Shown: positions 10,862 through 23,031, numbered from the stretch's first letter. The stretch is DNA of 64,000 nt from Oopsacas minuta (GCA_024704765.1 JAKMXF010000365.1:372001-436000), one strand, 5' to 3'. The notes: generated from the letters alone by a model not told the origin. Numbers and translations: made by a program.

Positions 10862-12303
10862 CTAAAATATTTGAATGCGATTATTAATACTATCGCATAC
10901 AAGCAGTCGCCCGTTATAATCCATTGCTATTCCCTGTGGCCGAATAAATTGATTTGGATTCGATCCTTTAGTACCGATAGAGTGCAAGAGCTCTCCTTTC
11001 GGAGACATGAACTTGATTGAATGGTTCTCACAGTCTGAGGCTAGCATATTACAGTTTGAACTTGTTGATAACAAGAAACACAAATTAGATTTCCTAAAGA
11101 AGCTCCGTATACGAATACCATTCTGTTTGTATACGTGTATAGAAGCTAGAGTACCGTGATCTAACACAATAACTTCTTCTTTATGAGAGAAGCATACATC
11201 ACAGGGTTGTCTAAGTTCCTTGTGTCCGAAACGACTCTTGTATTTAAGTTTGGACGTAAACACCTATAGAACACAATTCCAGTAAAAGATCAATAATACG
11301 GTATATATTTTCGCAATCTTTATAACTATTCTAGGTAAATCTAACCTGAATACGATTGTTAACACTATCAGCTATAAACACCTTCCCATCTGTGCTAACT
11401 GCTAATCCACATGGTACATTGAACTGTAAGCTACCTCCTCCTTTAACACCAGTCTTATATAGGAATATACCGGATAGATTGAATGCTTGAATATTGTGAC
11501 GTTCTGAGTCTGTAACGTAAACAGTGTATCCGTTTACAGCAATACCAAATGGAAACAGGAACTCTCCATCTCCACTGCCTAACGAGCCAAACTCGAATAA
11601 AAACTTAGTATTCTCATCAAACACCTAAATATAAGGTTAGCATGCATAATTAACAGCGATAAAATCGGTAAATGAACACAATATATAAACATACCTGTAC
11701 GCGTTTGTTTCCACAATCCACCACAAATATTCTGTTTTGAAAATCCACAGCGATTCCTCTCAGATTCCTGAATTCTCCCTTCTTCACTCCATTTCTTCCA
11801 AATACAACACTACTCTGCTGGTAGCTTAACATATCTCTCTCTACTCGCTGAGGCTCAAGCAGAGGAGATCTAACATCAGAACTAACAGACTCTACATCAG
11901 AAAAAACAGCTGATCCGACAGACTCAGTATCACTATGGTTGTCAGGTGGTTGAGAGGTTGACATTCTGGTATATTCACTCAATTGAGTATGTATTATTTC
12001 GAACGTATTAATCAGGTTTTGTACATGTTTAGTTCTCATACTGTACTCATCACAAACAGCTGATTTACATTTATCTCTCTGTTGTCTTATCTGACGAATA
12101 TATATATCATAGGATGCTTCAACCTTAGCTATCAATGCAGCTTCCTTCTCCAGCAGTTCTTCCTTCAGCACGCGAAGCTCCTTCAGATATGATCCACATT
12201 CCTTATACTTCTCACGATATTGACCAGCAATTGAGTGTATTTTCTCGTCTATGTTATTCATTACATCAGGCTCAAAGACTTCAGTACTATTTTTAAAAGC
12301 CAT
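10862..12303 (-). CDS. Coiled-coil plus NHL-repeat protein (TRIM-NHL-like, no RING/B-box seen), 3 exons
   Basis: Exons 12303-11695, 11624-11346 and 11263-10862 joined by GT-AG introns of 70 and 82 bp. NHL repeats: FRNLRGIAVD..NRIFVVDCGNKRVQVF, FLFPFGIAV, FNVPCGLAV, FIRPQGIAMD..GRLLVCDSINNRIQIF. Confidence 0.85.
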
Positions 12304-12350
12304 TACGATTCTCAGACAAAACAGTCGGTTAATATAACTACTTATTTAAT

Positions 12351-15300
12351 TCAGCAGGAATATATGCTTTCATTATTATCAATTGCAATTGCTGGATATA
12401 CTGGGAGAGAAACCTGAGAGAATACATGGCACTTGATATTATGGAGAGTTGATTATAGCCACAAGCAGTGTAGAATTACTGTAATGTATTTGTGTAGGCT
12501 CATTATTCCACTACTTTCACAATGTGGTGCATGCTGGGAAGCCAGTTTCCAGGTAGCTACTATGTAGACAACACAAAATAATATACAAAACAATCAACAG
12601 ATGTGTGATAAAGCTCATAACTAAAGGTGTAATGAAAACGGTTTAGAAAAAAATATAAAGAATAAAAGCTACAATCAATATTATAAAGTATGTTAAGAGA
12701 TTAATCAATATTCTGAGGGGTAAAGAGATAACAAATAAATATTACCAGAAACGAATACAAATATTATTACGGCTAATCTATGTTTCAATAACTCCAGTCA
12801 GATAACGTAAAGATACTACACTGAATAGCTTATTACTATCCTTATCATGAGGTCTGGATGTGTCTGTATAGATAATATGTGATTTATTACTGTAATACAA
12901 CTACAGGATAAATATAATTGTATTACTAGACCATGGATGTGTTAATTAGCATATAACTATAACTACCTTGCCAATGGACAGAATCTCATTAGGAGAATCA
13001 AATAATAAGAGATCGGGAGTAACGTAGAGAGATAAGAGGCTTAGAGATTTACCGTTTAAATCTATATGAGCCATATATAGATACCCAACATCAAATTCAC
13101 ATTGATAATTAATCGGTAGAATAGACCAGCTGGTGGATATCTCATCAACAGCTGTAAGGGGGTAAGATACACTTATGGAAGAGCTAGAAGGACCACGTGG
13201 TGTAGATCCATAAATATTCTTAGAAGAAATAGAAACAACTCCGATATTATTCTTATTATAAGGATCTGGGAAATGTAGAGTATGCGAGCTAATAACTGTA
13301 CACAGTATTGACCGGTTAGGCGATTGGTTAGTGTGGTTAAACGGAATAACTCTATATAGTTTCCATAAGCTGAATTCACGACGTTTATCAGTTATATCCA
13401 CCTATATGTGAAGTATTCAATCCATGATATTAGTGATAGAATATATACAAACCTTATTCCAATGAAAGTTGAGTCTCTCAATACAGCAAGTTTTGTTAGT
13501 AGATTGAAATAACTGAGGTGAAGCTATCTGTCCAATTAACTCCTGTTGTGTAGCAGGTAGAAACTCGTATAACTCAGGTGTTAAGCTTAACTCATAAAGA
13601 GATATCTGCAAACACGATCCAGTGTAAGAGACAGTATATAGAGCTAGTTATATTGACTTACTGTAGTGATTAACACGTATGTCAGATATCCATCATTTCC
13701 CCTAACGTTAACTCTATATAGTGAATTATTATTATATGTCTCATTAGTGTATACTCTAATCCAATGAGAGTATATACTCTCCATCTTAGAGATTGGTAAC
13801 GGATCGGATGAGGTATTTATACATTTAGGAATGATCTTATTCTTATCAGAGTTAACGATCTCTCCCAGAAAGTTTCTGTTAGAGATACACAGAGATACAG
13901 TCTTATCACATACCCTCTTAGAGATGTAGCAAATCCTAGTGCTCTTACTCACTAATGAAACTCTATAGCATCGTAAAATTCAAAGTAATAATATACGTAA
14001 TACATATTATATAGCTTAACCCACTTGTAAACTTTATCAAATTCGAATGTAGAGTTTACTTGCATGTTTTCACTCTTCCACAAGCAATAAATCTTCTCAA
14101 TCTTATCGACAACATACTCGTTATGAGGAGTGCTTATTGTCTTAACAATACATTTATTATTAGAGTCTACTCTAGCGTAATAAGGTTGTAGTGTAGATAA
14201 GTGTATGAATAAGCTGCTTTGAGATATCTCAGTCGAGAAGTACCAGCCAGATAGCTCTGGAGTATGTGAGTTTATTCTAACTCTATACAGAGCATTTGTA
14301 TCGTATTGTAGAGGTGAAGTCAAGCTAATAGGTTGATAAGCAAGAGGGATATACTGCAGCTCACTAAATGGTGAAGGAATGTAATTAATATATACAATTT
14401 TGACACATTTGTTCATATATACACTCACCTAACAGTATATTGCATGTTACTACTGGGAATATTCATGATACTTTTGTTAGCACTAGCTACATAGCCATTA
14501 TACCCAGTCACTACAGGATCTGTAAAGTATATTATCTCATGTGTGATACGACTGGAATAAGTGAAAGAGTTTGATTCTCTAAGTTTTACTCTGTAAATAT
14601 ATTCTAATGAGAATACGCTGCATAGAGTTTTGTCTACTGGAGTCCAAGCAATCAGAATCTAAATACAAATAAATCTATTCTCTATTTATCTTATTATTAT
14701 TATAATAACAATAGTGTTACCTTGTCTTTAGGATCCTCAAATGAACTTCTGTCTTTTGCTATGAGTGCTGTTTTCCCCTGTATAAATAGAATTATTATTT
14801 TTATGCGTACGGTAGTAGATTGAAAATTGAAGTAAATTATTGTTGTAACCTGATGGATTTTCCGTATGTGTCTCTTCAGATTATTCTTATCAGAGAATAA
14901 AGCATTACATTCTGAACAGGTTAACTTGATATCTTTTTCCTTTACCTAGAACCAATAAAATACAAGTTATCAAGTTACATATAGAGTAGGGTCTCCCAAA
15001 ACGGACACCGAGAAGCGGACAACCCCCGTGGCATGGATTCAAATTGCCAAACATGTAATTACTACTTAAGCAGTCTCCGAGGAGCAGACAATTCTCTACA
15101 ACGGACAGATACCATGTGTCCAACGTGTCCGCTATTTGGAGCCTCCACTGTATTATGTAAATTACCTTTTGATCAATTGGATTATTAGTTGATAGGATTG
15201 GTTTTATATTCTTCTGAATTATATCAGCTACATTACTTGTAGGAATTGGATATTTTCTAGGACGACCACGTTTCCTCACAATAGGTGGTTCAGTTGAGGT

Positions 15301-16014
15301 GTCAGATTTTACTAGAATGTTTCATATAAGTACGACGTATTAAATTATAGAATAATATATAACTTACTCGTGTTATATTTCTTCAAAACTGGTTGTAGTT
15401 TCTTAATAGGTTTTGTTTTCTTAGAAATACCTTCTTTACCTCTATAAATATTCGATAAAAGTTGTAATTTATTGTATTATGTATTTCAAATTGCCAAAAG
15501 TAATGCTAAACTAACAGTAAGGGGGATCGAATTCGAGCAGATTTATCATTTTTCTTGCTGAATTTCCTCTTTTTTGGTGTATCTAAACAAATACTATATT
15601 CAACAATAAACACATATTATATTACAGCCATTTGCTGATAAGAAATTCCAGAAGAAACAGAACTCTTATCTTAGCTTCTGGTAACCGAACCCACATGCAA
15701 ATAAAAAATATTTGCTAACTATTATGTTCCCCTTCTGAAGAGCTGCTGGAAATATTGAGGACTTCTGGTAGGTTCAGGAACACACCCATAGACTCGGCAC
15801 CCGACAGAATGGGTACCCCTTCAGGTGATAACTGTACTTCTGCTATTTCAGTTATATCATTACTGAATGCCAATGGTTCTATTTTCTTATGTAAAATAGT
15901 CTTTTTTTTCCATGATTGAGGAAAGGACGGGGTATGCGGGTAAAATAATGATGGATAAACATCAAATGATTTATCCTGACCAACCGAAGGATAACACATT
16001 GCTAATATGAACAT
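12351..16014 (-). CDS. Multi-exon gene with AT-hook and C2H2 zinc finger plus a long uncharacterised C-terminal region; both ends uncertain
   Basis: AT-hook RKRGRPRK (~15255-15279). The spliced exon starting at 14945 reads VKEKDIKLTCSECNALFSDKNNLKRHIRKIHQ (C2H2). Further exons with AG/GT ends run through 14428-12946. Could be two genes. Confidence 0.5.
14982..15150. mobile_element. Degenerate TA-flanked MITE (Tc1/mariner/pogo type) in an intron
   Basis: Imperfect terminal inverted repeats: left TA-TAGAGTAGGGTCTCCCAAAACGGACAC versus reverse complement of right end TA-CAGTGGAGGCTCCAAATAGCGGACAC; TA on both sides; lies within intron 14946..15165. Confidence 0.55.
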
Positions 16015-16190
16015 AATTTCTTATTAGGAAAGCACAACATCCACCCGGGATCAGCTTGAATTTAGGACAAAAGGTGTGAATATATGATCAACTAACTATA
16101 CGATAAATATGTGAGTACAAGGTTACCATGTTATAAGATCGATATTAGAATTGGCTTATTCCTAAGTCACAAATTATGTATCATTGATTA

Positions 16191-16915
16191 CAGCAAACTC
16201 CCGGTATAACGAAGTGATTCTTTACTCCTTTTTGCTTTAAGTTAATTGATTTTGCTCCGCTTATAAGGGGTGCGCCTAATTTCTGGGACGTGCCGTGGCA
16301 TGACGTGACGGTCCCGGAAAATGCAGATGCCTAAAATACGTGACGTGACGTGACGTTAAGGTAGCCTCCTAAATACATCACTCAAAGTGTATAACTATAT
16401 GTTTTATGTATTCTGTGCTATCCATACTATCCCGGGATCTTAGAGCTAGTACGTGAAATAATCTGAGGCCGGTGAAAGCGCGTGAGGGTGGCTTGACAAC
16501 GAATACAGTAAGAAATTTATATCAAAGAGCTATCTATGAATCTATAGCGTACTACAGCTATTGTAGAAATTAGTAGGGATCTTATTTCACTAGATTGGTT
16601 CTCGATATGCTAAGCGATATATATATATATATATATATATATGGACCTCAGCGGTCCCCAAAATGCTTGTGTTTTAGGTTCCAAAAACGCGATCACACCG
16701 GGAACAAGCAGGAACACTCTGGAGCAGCTCGGAATACATACGCTCTGAGTTAACAGGTGGGGTGCCTTATCCATAAAACATTTAGTTTTGCACTTTGGGT
16801 GATGAATTTGGGAGATTACCACACCTTCACGTCCCGTAAATTATGCACGCTTATAAGTTATAATGAAATAAACCTGGGGTCCAAAGCATGAGCACTTCGT
16901 TTACGAGAGGCGCTG
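16191..16915. mobile_element. ~725-bp degenerate non-autonomous DNA element with long imperfect inverted repeats
   Basis: CTTATAAG...GGGACGTG (16260-16292) is inverted as CACGTCCC...CTTATAAG (16828-16857); AACGAAGTG (16208-16216) is inverted as CACTTCGTT (16893-16901). The left end is TA-CAGCAAACTCCCGGTATAACGAA, a pogo/Tigger-like terminus. Confidence 0.5.
16617..16642. repeat. (AT)13 microsatellite
   Basis: Read directly from the sequence. Confidence 0.95.
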
Positions 16916-17083
16916 AATTACACAGCCAACAGCTGTAAGTATAATTTATAAAGGATCACTAGTAGGTGCGAATTTCTCTTATATATTTCCTAGCTATTTT
17001 CAGTGATATTATGATTGATTCTTAATTTCTTAGTTTAAAGTTTGTAGCTCTTACCAATTCCTCTGTTCGTTATATAGTTAATT

Positions 17084-17983
17084 ATGTCCTCTAAGCCTGT
17101 TATCTTTAATCAGACATCCTACGGGAAGGCAGAGGTAGGAGTGCTGTACGTACACAGACATGACAAGTACCGGCATAGCATTACTGATTTCCAAGTAACA
17201 GTTAGTCTTACACTAGCTACTTTCATAGACTACACACATGGGGATAATTCTGACATAGTAGCTACTGATACCACGAAGAATACAATTTACTTCCTAGCTC
17301 ATCAGCACCCAGAGGCTCTAGAGTCCCCAGAACGTTTTGGGATTCTAATCTGTACACATTTCCTTACTAAATACCAACATATACTCAATTGTAATGTGTA
17401 TGTAGAGACTAATGGTTGGAAGCGTGCTGTTGTGCATGGTAAGGAGCATGCTCATGCTTTTATTGGGGATTCAAGTATTAAGAGATTTACGACTGTATCT
17501 AAACCAAGAGGTCAGCCCTTCAGGATATCCTCTGGGTTCAAAAACTTAAAACTACTCAAAACTACTCAATCAGGTTTTGAAGGATTCATGAAAGACGAGC
17601 TTACCTCTCTTACAGACACCAAGGATAGAATATTCGCAACGTCTGCTACAATAAACTATGAATTCAACTCAATAGATTCTGTAAACTTCAATGATATCTG
17701 GGAGCAAGTACTGAGAACTGTAGTAGAGTCATTCTCAGGGCCTTATGACACAGGCGTATATAGCTCATCTGTACAACACACTATGTACTTAACTAACAAG
17801 AGGGTATTAGAAGAACACAAAATTATTGAGCAGGTAGAAATGAATATGCCTAATATACACTACTTCCTCTACGACCTGACTAAGATAGGAGTTAAAGGGA
17901 ATACTACTACTCTATTTCCTGCTCCCCTTCCTTATGGACATATTTCTTGTAAACTGGGACGGAGTGTATTAGCCAAATTATAA
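17084..17983 (+). CDS. UOX: Uricase (urate oxidase), intronless, 299 aa, peroxisomal
   Basis: Motifs YGK, VATDTTKNTIY, LKTTQSGFEGF, DRIFAT, SVQHTMY, MPNIHY and PYGHI; C-terminal PTS1-like AKL. Confidence 0.97.
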   Translation: MSSKPVIFNQTSYGKAEVGVLYVHRHDKYRHSITDFQVTVSLTLATFIDYTHGDNSDIVATDTTKNTIYFLAHQHPEALESPERFGILICTHFLTKYQHILNCNVYVETNGWKRAVVHGKEHAHAFIGDSSIKRFTTVSKPRGQPFRISSGFKNLKLLKTTQSGFEGFMKDELTSLTDTKDRIFATSATINYEFNSIDSVNFNDIWEQVLRTVVESFSGPYDTGVYSSSVQHTMYLTNKRVLEEHKIIEQVEMNMPNIHYFLYDLTKIGVKGNTTTLFPAPLPYGHISCKLGRSVLAKL

Positions 17984-18161
17984 GACAATCAGTTGATTGA
18001 TCCGTTTTAGCTCTTATTTATTGCTCTCTTATTATCGGCCAATATTGTGATTTTACTTGTTAATGAATATGTGCATTCGATAATTATATTTTTTGGAACA
18101 TTTACAGACATTAACTTAGCTACCTGTTTCATATATTGGCTAGATATACGTATTGTTGATA

Positions 18162-19285
18162 ATGTCTGAGAGATATAACTTCTCAATTACTACATTCAGG
18201 TATTTTCAATCACACAAATAAACGTATACTTCAATGTAATTACATGTATTCCTTTAGTCCCTCTGGTAAACTGATGCAGATAGAGTATGCTCTGATGGCA
18301 GTTGAGGCTGGAGCTCCTTCAGTTGGTATCAAAGGTGCGTTTATTTGTTTTAGTTATTCTATTAGAATGTCAATAAAATTATATTAATTATTTATAGCTA
18401 GTAATGGAGTTGTTATAGCAGCTGAGAAAAAGCACAAATCTATCTTATCAGATGAATCTAGTGTATCTAAGGTGAGTTATATAATTAATTCATTAAGCCT
18501 AATACTAGTTATAGTATAGTATGTGTAGGTTGAGCCAATCAATAATTATACAGGATTTGTGTACAGTGGAATGGGACCAGACTTCAGGTGAGAATATTTT
18601 AATACGGTTATTATATTTGATTATTATTATTCGTGTCTATAGACTGCTAGTTTCCAGAGCTCGTAAGATAGCAGAAGAGTACTATCTGACTTATCATGAA
18701 CCTATACCAACTCCCAGACTTGTACAACAAATTGGGTTCTCTATGCAGCAGTACTCTCACTCCAGGTAATAATTTCATACAGAACTTTTATGAGTATGTT
18801 TATTGTACTATCTTAGACAGGTGAGACCATTTGGTGTATCTCTACTCGTCGCTGGATGGAATCAAGGCAGGCCTTATCTCTTTCAATGTGACCCCTCTGT
18901 AAGGAAAACAACATTATTTAGTAGATTATTCAGTATGAAAAATATGTGTTACAATTAATTATTGAATATACTGCTTCGTTTAGGGAGCATACTTCCCATG
19001 GAAAGCAACTGCTTTAGGCAAAAACTATATTAACGGTAAAACTTTTCTCGAGAAAAGGTATTAATTACGATAGATTTATTCAATTGATCTATTTATTCGA
19101 TTTACTTTAGATATAGCGATGAACTAGAGCTAGAAGATGCTATACATAACGCTATACTCACACTAAAGGAGAGTTTTGATGGAAAGATGACAGAGTATAA
19201 CATTGAGATCGGTATAAGCAATAAAGACGGATTCAGGAAGCTAACCCCTGAAGAGATTAAGGATTATCTATCTGCTATACTGTAA
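18162..19285 (+). CDS. PSMA2: Proteasome subunit alpha type-2, 8 exons
   Basis: Spliced reading [13 protein letters not shown]|[12 protein letters not shown]...GAPSVGIK|...YSGMGPDF...[13 protein letters not shown]...[24 protein letters not shown]|[22 protein letters not shown]...; GT-AG introns. Confidence 0.97.
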
Positions 19286-19415
19286 CATAATTAGTTTGTT
19301 GTAGGCTATGTGTAGAGATGATTATATAGAACAGATTCTTCCTTTTATAACTTTAATATTTCCAACTGATTTAGCCGTTCTTATAGATTTTAATTAAGTA
19401 TACATTAGCTTGGAC

Positions 19416-20033
19416 ATGAGTCGTATATTTGATGTAGATGAGGATAATATAGAATCAACAGATCCTACTGTAACTGCTCTAACTAAGTCTTATCTCGATA
19501 TAATAAAGGCAGTAGGAGAGGATCCGAATAGAGAAGGGCTTGTTAAGACACCAGCACGTGCAGCTAAAGCTTTCCAATTTTTCACACACGGATATAGTGA
19601 GACTGTACAGACAGTAGTTAATGATGCTATATTCTCTGTTGATTATGATCAAATGGTTATTCTCAAAGACATAGAGATATTCTCTCTGTGTGAGCACCAT
19701 CTTGTTCCATTCTTCGGTAAGGTTTCAGTAGGGTATCTCCCTAATAAGAAAGTACTGGGATTAAGCAAGTTAGCACGTATTATAGAAATATTCAGTCGTC
19801 GTCTGCAAATCCAGGAACAGCTGACTAAACAGATAGCTGAAGCTATTGTGGAAGCTATCCAACCAGCAGGAGTAGGGGTAGTAATAGAAGCTAAGCATAT
19901 GTGTATGTTAATGCGAGGAGTAGAGAAGGTTAGCAGTAATGCACTTACTAGTATGATGCTTGGAGAGTTTAGGGAAAATTCTAAGACCAGGGATGAGTTT
20001 CTAACTCTCATATCACGAAACCAGAAACAGTGA
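19416..20033 (+). CDS. GCH1: GTP cyclohydrolase 1, intronless
   Basis: [45 protein letters not shown] and HMCMLMRGV motifs. ATG at 19416 (the ORF-track start is TTG). Confidence 0.97.
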   Translation: MSRIFDVDEDNIESTDPTVTALTKSYLDIIKAVGEDPNREGLVKTPARAAKAFQFFTHGYSETVQTVVNDAIFSVDYDQMVILKDIEIFSLCEHHLVPFFGKVSVGYLPNKKVLGLSKLARIIEIFSRRLQIQEQLTKQIAEAIVEAIQPAGVGVVIEAKHMCMLMRGVEKVSSNALTSMMLGEFRENSKTRDEFLTLISRNQKQ

Positions 20034-20389
20034 TACAGTTGCAATCTGTAGTTATGTATGTATATTAGATGACAAAATTTTGTTGATAGGATCCAATCTC
20101 TTATTATTCATGCTTGTATATATCTTTATACCATTTATGTACACTTACACACAGCCACTTCTTAATTTACCCTAATATCTTTAATTATTTTGTTTTTATA
20201 AGAAACATCGAATATAATATTTTAAGCTCTATAGAGGAGCGGGAACCTTTTTAGATTCTCGCTATAGACAACGAGCTTAAAAACTGTCTGAGAAAACTCA
20301 TAGCCAGCTTTACTGCCCTGTGAACCTGTTTCAGTCTATATTATAATATAATTTCGTTTGATAAACTAGTAAATAATACTATATACTCA

Positions 20390-22451
20390 ATGGCTCAGAT
20401 CTTTAACGAAGCTCCTACGGTTAATACGGAAGTAACTGAAGATATCTACCAACTACTCGGTCTAGCTCCTCTGAATGAATTAGAGATAGCTGTTAGACTA
20501 CTCATGCCTGGAAAGGTAAGCTCATACCATTAAATTCCTATATCCCCATATGGTAACTAAGTTATACGTATATCAATCCTATAGGATGTTGGATCTATCA
20601 TAGGGAAAGCAGGAGCTCACATAAAACTAGTACGAGACATGGTAATAACTACTTATTACATTATTTATTAGAATATTTAATAATTGTTGTTATAATAGAG
20701 TCATTCAAAGATCAACATATCTGACAACACAACAGCAGAAAGGTACTATCCCTCACTAATAACTATTTCATTAATATATCCCTAAATACACTTCCTACCT
20801 GTACCTGCATCTTATGACCTCCCCTTTGAGTACTTCCTTTAGACACCCAACCTTTTCTACCCTTATCTCTCCCTTCCTCCCCTAAAGACTAGTTACCATT
20901 AATGGATTCCCTGATTCAGTTTTGAAAGCTGTCAATTTGATGGCAGTCAAACTCGAGAAGGTACCTTACATCATATAACCTATTACCCAAGCAGCCTATT
21001 CCTACCCCTATCTATATCCTATACATCTTTTGTATTTGTTTAATGTTTGAGTGTTTAGGATTCTATGGCTGTACCAAATCAAACTGGAATGGGCACGCCA
21101 CCTCTGCCTGGAGTTAGTTTCAATCTTCCCTTCCCTTCCACACAGTGTGGGTCTTTTATTGGAAAGAGTGGAGCTAATATTAAAGACATAAGAGAGGTGG
21201 TATTACTCGTTAATTAGTTATGATTTGATATTATTATTATTATTATTATTAATTTCTGTATAATATACAGACGACATCAACCTCAATACAGGTACGTTTA
21301 TCTATTAACATTAATACTTGTATTGTTATTTGTTATGTATTACGTTAGGTAGCAGGAGAGTGCTTACCAGGATCTTCAGAGCGGATTATATGTATTCAAG
21401 GTAATCCTGAGGGAGTGACTAAAGTAATCTATCATGTGTGTTCTGTTCTAATAGAGGTAAGCTTAGCTTATTATACACAAGCATGTACGTATCTATTGAT
21501 ATTTCATATTATAGCATCCTATAAGACATGATGTAGATTTATACGAGCCAGACCGTTCACCCATTCCTCAGTCCTCTCCTCCAGTTGGTGGGCCATGGAT
21601 GTCATCATCTTATAAAGATGTAGGGTATAGATCGCATCAACACAGCTACGGGCCATACTCTCCTCCTAACAGAGCACACGGAAGGGTAATACATACTCTA
21701 AGTGTGTCTCAGTTTGAGTTAACTTTTCCTTTATTAGTTTACTCGGGGCACTCGTGGATTCCCTCCAATCAGGCCTGAACACAGTCCAAACATACAAGAC
21801 AGAGTTAGTTATCTCATTAATACGAATATTTTAATCTCTAGTTTTCATTTTCTATTTCTTAGCTTGTCAATATTGGGAGAGTTTACAAGCAACGTGAGTA
21901 TTATCATAAATCTTGAACTGATTTGTATATTTGATTTTCAATATTTGTAGATGGTGATCCTCATAACACACATATAATGTATATTCCAAATGATGTGAGT
22001 TGAATTATTTCATAGAATATAACTCAATATTGATTCTATCCTTGTATCTAGTTGATTGGATGTATCATTGGGAAAGCTGGACAGAAGATTAATGAAATCA
22101 GGTGATTATTCTAAATTCACATACAAATACACATATTTACTAGTCTGTTTGTCTGTCTATAGAACATTATCTGGTGCTACAATCAAGATATCAGACCCCA
22201 TAGGCGACCAATTGGAACGGACTGTAACTATATCAGGACCTCTAGAGTCCATCGGTGTAGCTCAGTACCACATTAACTGCAGGTTACATGAGGTTGTATT
22301 TTCTTTCTTAAAATGAATGTATAATCTAAAATAGCTACATATTCAGTTACCCGAAATAACGATATCCCACAAGGCTCCAATTTGATTAGCTTATTCCTGT
22401 AGGATTCACGAAGAGGTAGTTATCAAAGCTAACAACCAGCAGAATACCTAA
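20390..22451 (+). CDS. PCBP: Three-KH-domain RNA-binding protein (PCBP/hnRNP E-K family), multi-exon
   Basis: KH1 VGSIIGKAGAHIK, KH2 CGSFIGKSGANIKDIRE...LPGSSER, KH3 IGCIIGKAGQKINEIR...SGATIKI; includes a 21-nt microexon (~21270-21290); stop TAA at 22449-22451. Confidence 0.88.
21230..21251. repeat. (TTA)n microsatellite in a PCBP intron
   Basis: About seven TTA units read directly. Confidence 0.85.
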
Positions 22452-22707
22452 CCCATGCATACATGTATATGTTAGGATTTATTAGTTCGACGATCTCTAA
22501 TTTGTTTACAATTCTAATTCTACTAAGATAGTTTAGCTATGTATATTGAAATACTTGATTATGTCCTATCTAATCCCCAAACCTATATACACTGAATTAC
22601 TATTGTGATTTAGTATATCAAAGATTTCGAAATTTTCTAATAGTTTTCTTTTCTATTTACTTCAATACATTCATGTCCTACATTCTCATAATCTGACTAG
22701 CTATTAG

Positions 22708-23031
22708 ATGTTCCGATTATCCGTCCCGCTATCTCGTAGTTTCCGTATTCATTACATTCCGATGCGTGCTGGTGGACAAGAGGCTAGAATTAAGAAAGGG
22801 CTCAAAAAAGCTGGCCAGGACGGTCCTCTATGGGAGGGTCCCGATTGGAGTTACCTTGATGGGACCCCAGGTCCTCTCTCTAAGGGGCAATTACAGCGTC
22901 AGAGCCATGCAACACTCATTATTAAGAAAGCTCATGAATTTATTGAGAGCATGGAAACTTCTAGAAAAATATTAGATGAGAACCCTGATATTGGTAAACC
23001 AACTAAAGAGGATATTACTAAATACTATTGA
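22708..23031 (+). CDS. MRPL52: Mitochondrial ribosomal protein L52
   Basis: Presequence-like N-terminus and GPLWEGPDWSYLDGTPGPLSKGQLQRQ, matching the MRPL52 GPL..LPDWSY.DG.PAP..KGQ.RR signature. Confidence 0.85.
   Translation: MFRLSVPLSRSFRIHYIPMRAGGQEARIKKGLKKAGQDGPLWEGPDWSYLDGTPGPLSKGQLQRQSHATLIIKKAHEFIESMETSRKILDENPDIGKPTKEDITKYY

Noticed and set aside
14905-15165. Cys-rich continuation of the 14905..15279 ORF (CHGGCPLLG...) as protein
   Set aside because: It reads through an intron containing a MITE; the splice sites at 15165 and 14946 give an in-frame C2H2 exon instead.
16278-16315. AATTTCTGG followed by a GGGAC...GTCCC hairpin as an Sm-site snRNA or SL RNA gene
   Set aside because: No match to U1, U2, U4, U5, U11 or U12 hallmarks, no convincing AG|GT leader junction, and the segment is part of the inverted repeat of the 16191..16915 element.
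16610-16822. 70-aa minus-strand ORF
   Set aside because: Lies inside the inverted-repeat element and ends in a translated (AT)n tract (IYIYIY).
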